Notes under the pieces: generated by a model
Databases searched by the model: none
What the model was told of the DNA's origin: nothing
What the model saw: the letters and a program-made list of their open reading frames with translations, nothing else
From: Octopus bimaculoides
Taxonomy: Eukaryota
Length of the DNA: 38,824 nucleotides
Reading direction: 5' to 3'
Assembly: GCF_001194135.2 (NCBI RefSeq)
Contig: NC_068985.1
Span: forward strand, 105,216,195 to 105,255,018
Part shown: positions 33,623-38,824 of the stretch, piece after piece
Layout: every line of letters starts with the position of its first letter
Numbering within the stretch: position 1 is the first letter of the stretch
Made by a program: the position numbers and the translations under genes

Positions 33623-35070
33623 ATAAATCTCCTTTTCATGGATGATATAAAGGTTTATGCGAAAAATGAGAAACAGCTTGAAAGTTTTGTACATTCTATC
33701 CGCATTTTCTCAAACGATGTAGGTATGAAATTTGGGATAGAAAAGTGCGCTATATTGAAAATGAAACGAGGAAGATTTGAGAGAAACCCGAGAATTGAAA
33801 TACCAAATGGGCAAACATTAAGAGCGGTTAAAAAAGGACAGTGATATAAGTACTTGGGAATACTGGAAGCAGACGAGATAAAAAAAATGAATAAAAGAAA
33901 CAAATTACCAGTAGGGAGTACACAAGGAGTGTAAGAGTAAGTAAATTATTGCAGTCAAAGCTGAATTCCAAAAATCTTATTGAAGCAATAAATTCAGATA
34001 TGGAGTTGGAATTATAGACTGGACCAGAAACGATATAAAGGAACTTGACAGAAAAACTAGGAAGTTGTTGACGATGTATGAAACCCACCATCCGAAAGCT
34101 GCTACCAACCGGCTGTACTTGAGGAGAGACCAGTGTGGAAAGAAAAAGCATAGTAGAGTATTTACAGAGCATTACAGAAGAACTACTAAAGAGAGTTGAT
34201 AAAGAAAGAGTGCTGAAGCGTCTAATAGGAGAAAAGGACAAGAATGAAATACAAAGAGAGCATGTCAGACAGAGGGAAGAGAAACCCCTGTTTGGCCAAT
34301 TTTGGAGAGCCCCAAAATCCTGAGGTTGGTTAGAAAAGGGAAAATTTCAAAAAGAGAAATAGAGAGCATAATTGTAGCACCCAAAGATCAAGCGATAAAA
34401 ACAAACAACCTGAGAAAAAATATATATGGAGAGAATGAGTCAGAAAAACGTAGAACACGTGGAACTTGGAACGAGACAGTGACACACATTGTGGAAGAAT
34501 ACCCCAAGCTGGCACAGGAAGAATATAAGAAATGGCGGTACGGCCAGGTTGTGAAAGTTTTACACTGGAAACTGTGTCAGGAATGGGGTTTTGAAGCTGG
34601 AAACTCGTGGTACAATCATCGAGTCGAAAGAGTAAGAGAGTTGGAGAAATGTAAGATTTTGTGGGATTTTACTATTCAGACAAAAAGTTAGAAAATAATA
34701 GACCAGGCATAACAATTGAAGATAAGGAAAAGCGAAGTTGCTTACTTATCGACCCATCATGCCTGTTTGATTCCAGGATCGTAAAGAAAGAGGAAGAAAA
34801 ACAAAGAAATACAATCCTTTAAAATTTGAAATAAGAAGAATTTGGAGTATGCAGACAGTAAAGGTCGTGCCTATAATAATTGGTGCGTTGAGAACATTAA
34901 GCCAAGATATAGACAAATAGCTGAAGGAGATTGAAATAGAATGCTCGGTAGAAATCCTACAAAAAGTTTCTCTCTTAGGGACAGCAAGGAGGGTTCTAAG
35001 CACTTGAAAGACTGCTGAGAACTTGTGGATACCTAGGACACAGATAGACCGAACCTGAGCCAAAGCAAAA
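33623..35070 (+). mobile_element. 5'-truncated Dong-like (R4 clade) non-LTR retrotransposon inserted in TAA repeats
   Basis: INLLFMDDIKVYAKNEKQL...FGIEKCA (RT); degenerate zinc knuckle and VLHWKLC; KILWDFTIQT; VVPIIIGAL...LLGTARRVL (REL endonuclease); short 3' UTR then (TAA)4 at 35071-35082. Confidence 0.92.
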
Positions 35071-35080
35071 TAATAATAAT

Positions 35081-35266
35081 AATGGTTTCGCATTTTGGCA
35101 CAAGTTCAGCAATTTCGGGGAAGTGGGTAATTCAATTACACAGACCCCAGTGATCAACAGGTACTTATTTTACCGATCCCGAAAGGTTGAAAGGAAAAGG
35201 CGACCTAGGCAGAATTTGAACTCAGAACTCAGAACGTGTAGTAGCGCTTCTGCCAGCTTACCACCA
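35081..35266 (-). mobile_element. SINE family A (internal deletion)
   Basis: TTTTGGCACAAG tail; GGTACTTATTTTACCGATCCCGAAAGG core. Confidence 0.8.
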
Positions 35267-35300
35267 TAACAACAATCAACAACAGCAATAATCATAATGA

Positions 35301-35523
35301 TAATAATCCCTTCTACTAAAGGCACAACACTTGAAAGCTTTGGCAACGGTGTTAGTCGATTACATCGATCACAGTATTTCACTGGTACTTATTTTATCGA
35401 CCGTGAAAAGATGAAAGGCAAAGTCAACCTCGGTGGAATTTGAGCTGAGAATGTAAAAAGCCGAAAGAAATGCCACTAAGTATTCTGTCCGGCGTACTCA
35501 CAGTTCTGCCAGCTCGCCGCTTT
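35301..35523 (-). mobile_element. SINE family A, full length
   Basis: Core and head CTGCCAGCTCGCCGCTT. Confidence 0.88.
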
Positions 35524-35828
35524 ACCATTACTAATTAATGTGCAGTTTCTGTATATTTTAGAGTTATGACTCACTCGCGTTAAGCTGGCGCAGGTCTTGA
35601 TCCACTAAGCTCATCAGATTGGCCTAATTCTTAATATGAATCTGGATAATAAATCAGTTGATTTCTATTTTTTAAACGAATGTAGGAGGTGTAGAAGGAG
35701 TATAATGAGGAATGGTGTGAGGAGTTAATGTCAACTCAGGTACTTTTGATCCACTCTAGATAAGATAGTTCAAAAAGTTGAAGATGTGACATTGTGGTAT
35801 TGTGATATTTAATATTAGCTTCAAAGAC

Positions 35829-36050
35829 AAGGTGGCGAGCTGTCAGGAACGTTAGCATGCCGGGCGAAATGCCTAGCGGTATTTCGTCTGTTTTTACGTT
35901 CTGAGTTCAAATTCCGCCGAGGTCGACTTTGCCTTTTATTCTCGCGGGGTCGATAAATTAAGTACCAGTTGCGTTCTAAGGTCGATCTAATCAACTGGTC
36001 TTCTCCCCCCAAAATTTCGGGTCTTGTGCCTAGAGTAGAAAAGAATATTA
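35829..36050 (+). mobile_element. SINE family A, full length
   Basis: AAGGTGGCGAGCTG head, B box, core and tail GTGCCTAGAGTAGAAAAGAATATTA. Confidence 0.9.
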
Positions 36051-36297
36051 GTTTCAAGGACATTTCATCTCTCCTCTCCGGTACCTCCTTTTTGTTTTAC
36101 TTGTGTGAGTCACTAGACTGTGGCTATGCTGGAGTACCACCTTGAAGGGTTTAGTCGAGCAAGTCGACCCCAGCACTTCTTTGTTGTTTTCAAGTCTGGT
36201 ACCTATTCTATCAGATTCTTTTGCTGAACGGAGAGGTGACTATCGGCGTTCATTTGGTTACGTAAGTGAATGAGCATCGATTGTCAAGCGGTGCAAG

Positions 36298-36513
36298 TAT
36301 AATCTTTTCTACTACAGGCACAAGGCCTGAAATTTCGGGGAGGGAGCTAGTCGATTATATTAATCCAAGTGCGTAACGGTACTTATTTCATCGACCCCGA
36401 AATGATGAAAGACAAAATCGACCTCGGCGGAATTTGAACTCAGAACATAAAGGCGGACGAAATGCCGCAAAGCATTTTGCCCGGCATGCTAACAATTCTG
36501 CCAGCTTGCTGTC
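36298..36513 (-). mobile_element. SINE family A nested in SINE-C
   Basis: Full core and head on the minus strand. Confidence 0.88.
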
Positions 36514-36544
36514 AAATGCACACACATAGATACATACATTGATT

Positions 36545-36617
<73 letters not shown>

Positions 36618-36620
<3 letters not shown>

Positions 36621-36925
36621 ATGGATGTCTACTTGTTAGATGAGCATGACAATCGCTGACAGATGTGTCAACAATCCCCGTGCAAGTGTTTTCAGTCGAA
36701 AGTGGTTGGCACACCACAGCAGCTCTCACTAGCAATGCCAACAAGCCCAGCGAGGGCAATGTACCAGATATCTAGTTCGATAGAGAAGCCGGTTTTATAT
36801 ACGAGTTGGCCTTCTCCTAGATGGATGTCTTGAAAAAGAATAGGGGTCCCTCATTCCCAGTGGGCTTACTGCGCTCTCAGGCACTAACCTAAGTATATTT
36901 ACATGCCGGCGCATACCTTCTCGGA
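36618..36925 (-). mobile_element. Insertion resembling an RTE-type LINE 5' UTR
   Basis: The minus strand contains CCATCTAGGAGAAGGCCAACTCGTATATAAAACC, similar from memory to the RTE 5' UTR motif C.TCTAGGAGAAGG..AACTC.....AAACC. Confidence 0.35.
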
Positions 36926-36958
<33 letters not shown>

Positions 36959-37579
36959 CAGACGGGCTTCCACACAGTTTTCATCTGTGAAATTCACTCC
37001 CAATGCATTGGTCGGCCTGAGGTTATAAGTAGATGCGTGTTTATCCAACAATCTAATCAGGAGCTTTTCTCAATCTGAATGAACAATCAGTGAAACTAGT
37101 AACATTTTATTTTTGTAACAAGATTTTATTTACAATTTGCACGAATCAGTTACTTTTTTCACCTAAGTATGCTTGCCTTTCTGTAAATAGACACCAAATA
37201 ACATAGGAACAGCTTTTTTTACATTCTGTGTATGCAGCGTGTGGCAGCCCTTCATCTCATCAGCACTTTTAACAGTAGGAAACAAAAGATTAACCTCATT
37301 TTCAAGTTTTATTGTAATATTTATATTTATTTTTTATTTCTCATACTCTCTCTCTCTCTCTCAGTGAGTTGGCAGGCTTGGCGCCGATGCTGATTACCCT
37401 TATCTTTAATAGTGTCTTTTCTCCTAAAAAAAAAACATAAAAACAAAAAAAAACGGCAAATATCTGAAACTCTCATCATCATCACAGCCGCCAATGGAAA
37501 GTCATCACCAGAAAACAAAACGAACAAAAACCAAAAAAGAAAAAAAAAATTATCCACAAGCGACGACCTTCACTGTCAA

Positions 37580-37680
37580 CGGCACCACCACCTCTACTAC
37601 TACTACTACTGCTACTACTACTGCTGCTGCTGTTGCTGTTGCTCTTCCATCCTCTCTTTATACTATTACTACTACTACGG
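37580..37680. repeat. Compound trinucleotide array (CAC)-(TAC)-(TGC)
   Basis: Direct reading. Confidence 0.9.
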
Positions 37681-38526
37681 GAAGTGACTTCATTTATGAA
37701 TAATATTCCAGCACTTCCTGCATTTCAATTCTGCGTCCTCTTGTATTTTTCCCTTCACTTTGACTATTATGTACTAATGTAACCCCTCCTCCACTGTCTT
37801 CTCTTTTATACTTCTTTCTTTCTTTCTCCGAAACCTACACATCTCTTTTTTCCTTTACCTGTTTCAGTCATTAGACTGCAGCCAAGTTCTTCACCCAGGA
37901 CTAGGTAATATTCATAATTTGCAGATGGAATGTGCAAAATGTCTTGAGTATGTAATTACTAAAGAGTTACACGGAAATATTACAATAAGTTCGGTACCCT
38001 TCATGAAGAAAATGTTAAGATTCAACATTTCTCCATTCCAATATATTATTTAGTTATTCATTTATTTCTACAAATTGTTTCCTGTTTCCACTCAAATTAT
38101 CGTTTGCTTGACTCACTCCCTCAGTCGAAATTGTTGGTTTTATACCAAAATATGATACCAATATTTGCCGCAAATATTTGGTGCAGTTCAACACATGGAA
38201 ATGAAAAAGTAAGAAATACATTCATGTATTTCACGGTCTGCTGGATTCCTCACATACCAAATCCCATCTGGGCCTTCTCTTGATTCCTTGCCAAGAGAGC
38301 CTCAAATAATTTCGCGGAATCTTCCTATCCCTTCTTCTCCAATATATCTGTCTCACCGTAAACAGCTGGCAAACGCGAAAAGCTACTCTGATCACTGTAA
38401 CTCAACAAAGCGATAAGTCATCTGAACGTCTTTTGAAGTATTCTCAAAGTACAGGCATGGAGCCTTTGTTAAAAGCAAGAACGCTCAAAAGAATATGTTC
38501 TGCAGCAGGTTCGATATTTATATATT

Positions 38527-38770
38527 TTATCTTTTACTTCCTTCAGTGATTGGATTTCGGGTATTCTGATGCACCACCTTGATGGGTTTTAGTCGAACAA
38601 ATTCCACCCTCTGGAACTTATATTTAGAATGTTTAGCACTTAACGGTTTGGTAAAAGACACAATAGATAAGTTACAAGCAGGTAAACAAACTAATACCGG
38701 TTGTGAAGCGTTGGTTGCTGGGGAAAACGCCAAGACCCGCTCACACACCCACACATAGCTACATACATAC
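38527..38770 (-). mobile_element. SINE family C, 3' half (decayed)
   Basis: TTTTACTTCCTTCAGTGATTGG...GCACCACCTTGATGGGTTTTAGTCGAAC...GGTTGTGAAGCG. Confidence 0.7.
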
Positions 38771-38824
38771 ATATTCATACAGATATATGTGTGTGTGTGA
38801 GTATATATATATATATATATATAT

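Larger units (their letters stand above)
36085..37040 (-). mobile_element. SINE family C split by two nested insertions
   Basis: 3' part at 36085-36297, internal microsatellites at 36515-36617 and 36927-36958, head fragment at 36960-37040 (GACGGGCTTCCACACAGTTTTC...TTGGTCGGCCTGAGGTTATAAGTAGA). Confidence 0.7.

Noticed and set aside
34440-34510. Loss of all three zinc-knuckle cysteines as an editing footprint
   Set aside because: Too few sites and mixed substitution types; ordinary neutral decay explains it.

Overview
AT-rich, microsatellite-dense animal non-coding DNA with several N gaps. The SINE repertoire looks like octopus or another coleoid cephalopod; this is recognition from memory, not a database hit. 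No host protein-coding exon, rRNA or true tRNA gene could be supported. The ORF track reflects microsatellites, gaps and decayed retrotransposons. Contents: an RTE-like LINE relic (about 0.5-2.6 kb), four R4/Dong-like REL-endonuclease LINE fragments of different ages (one flanked by TAA repeats on both sides), a CR1-like relic, about 30 tRNA-headed SINE copies from several modular families (labelled A-E here, ad hoc names), a mariner MITE and possible Helitron relics. Best finding: two fold-back elements (2667-2780 and 6675-6776), each with 48-bp arms and each centred on a minimal type I hammerhead-ribozyme-like motif with a palindromic stem III. These are probably Penelope-like retroelement footprints. 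The first has an essentially intact core that is fully covered by its own antisense copy. A CpG-rich patch at about 3.9 kb with adjacent CRE and RFX X-box motifs is a candidate promoter.
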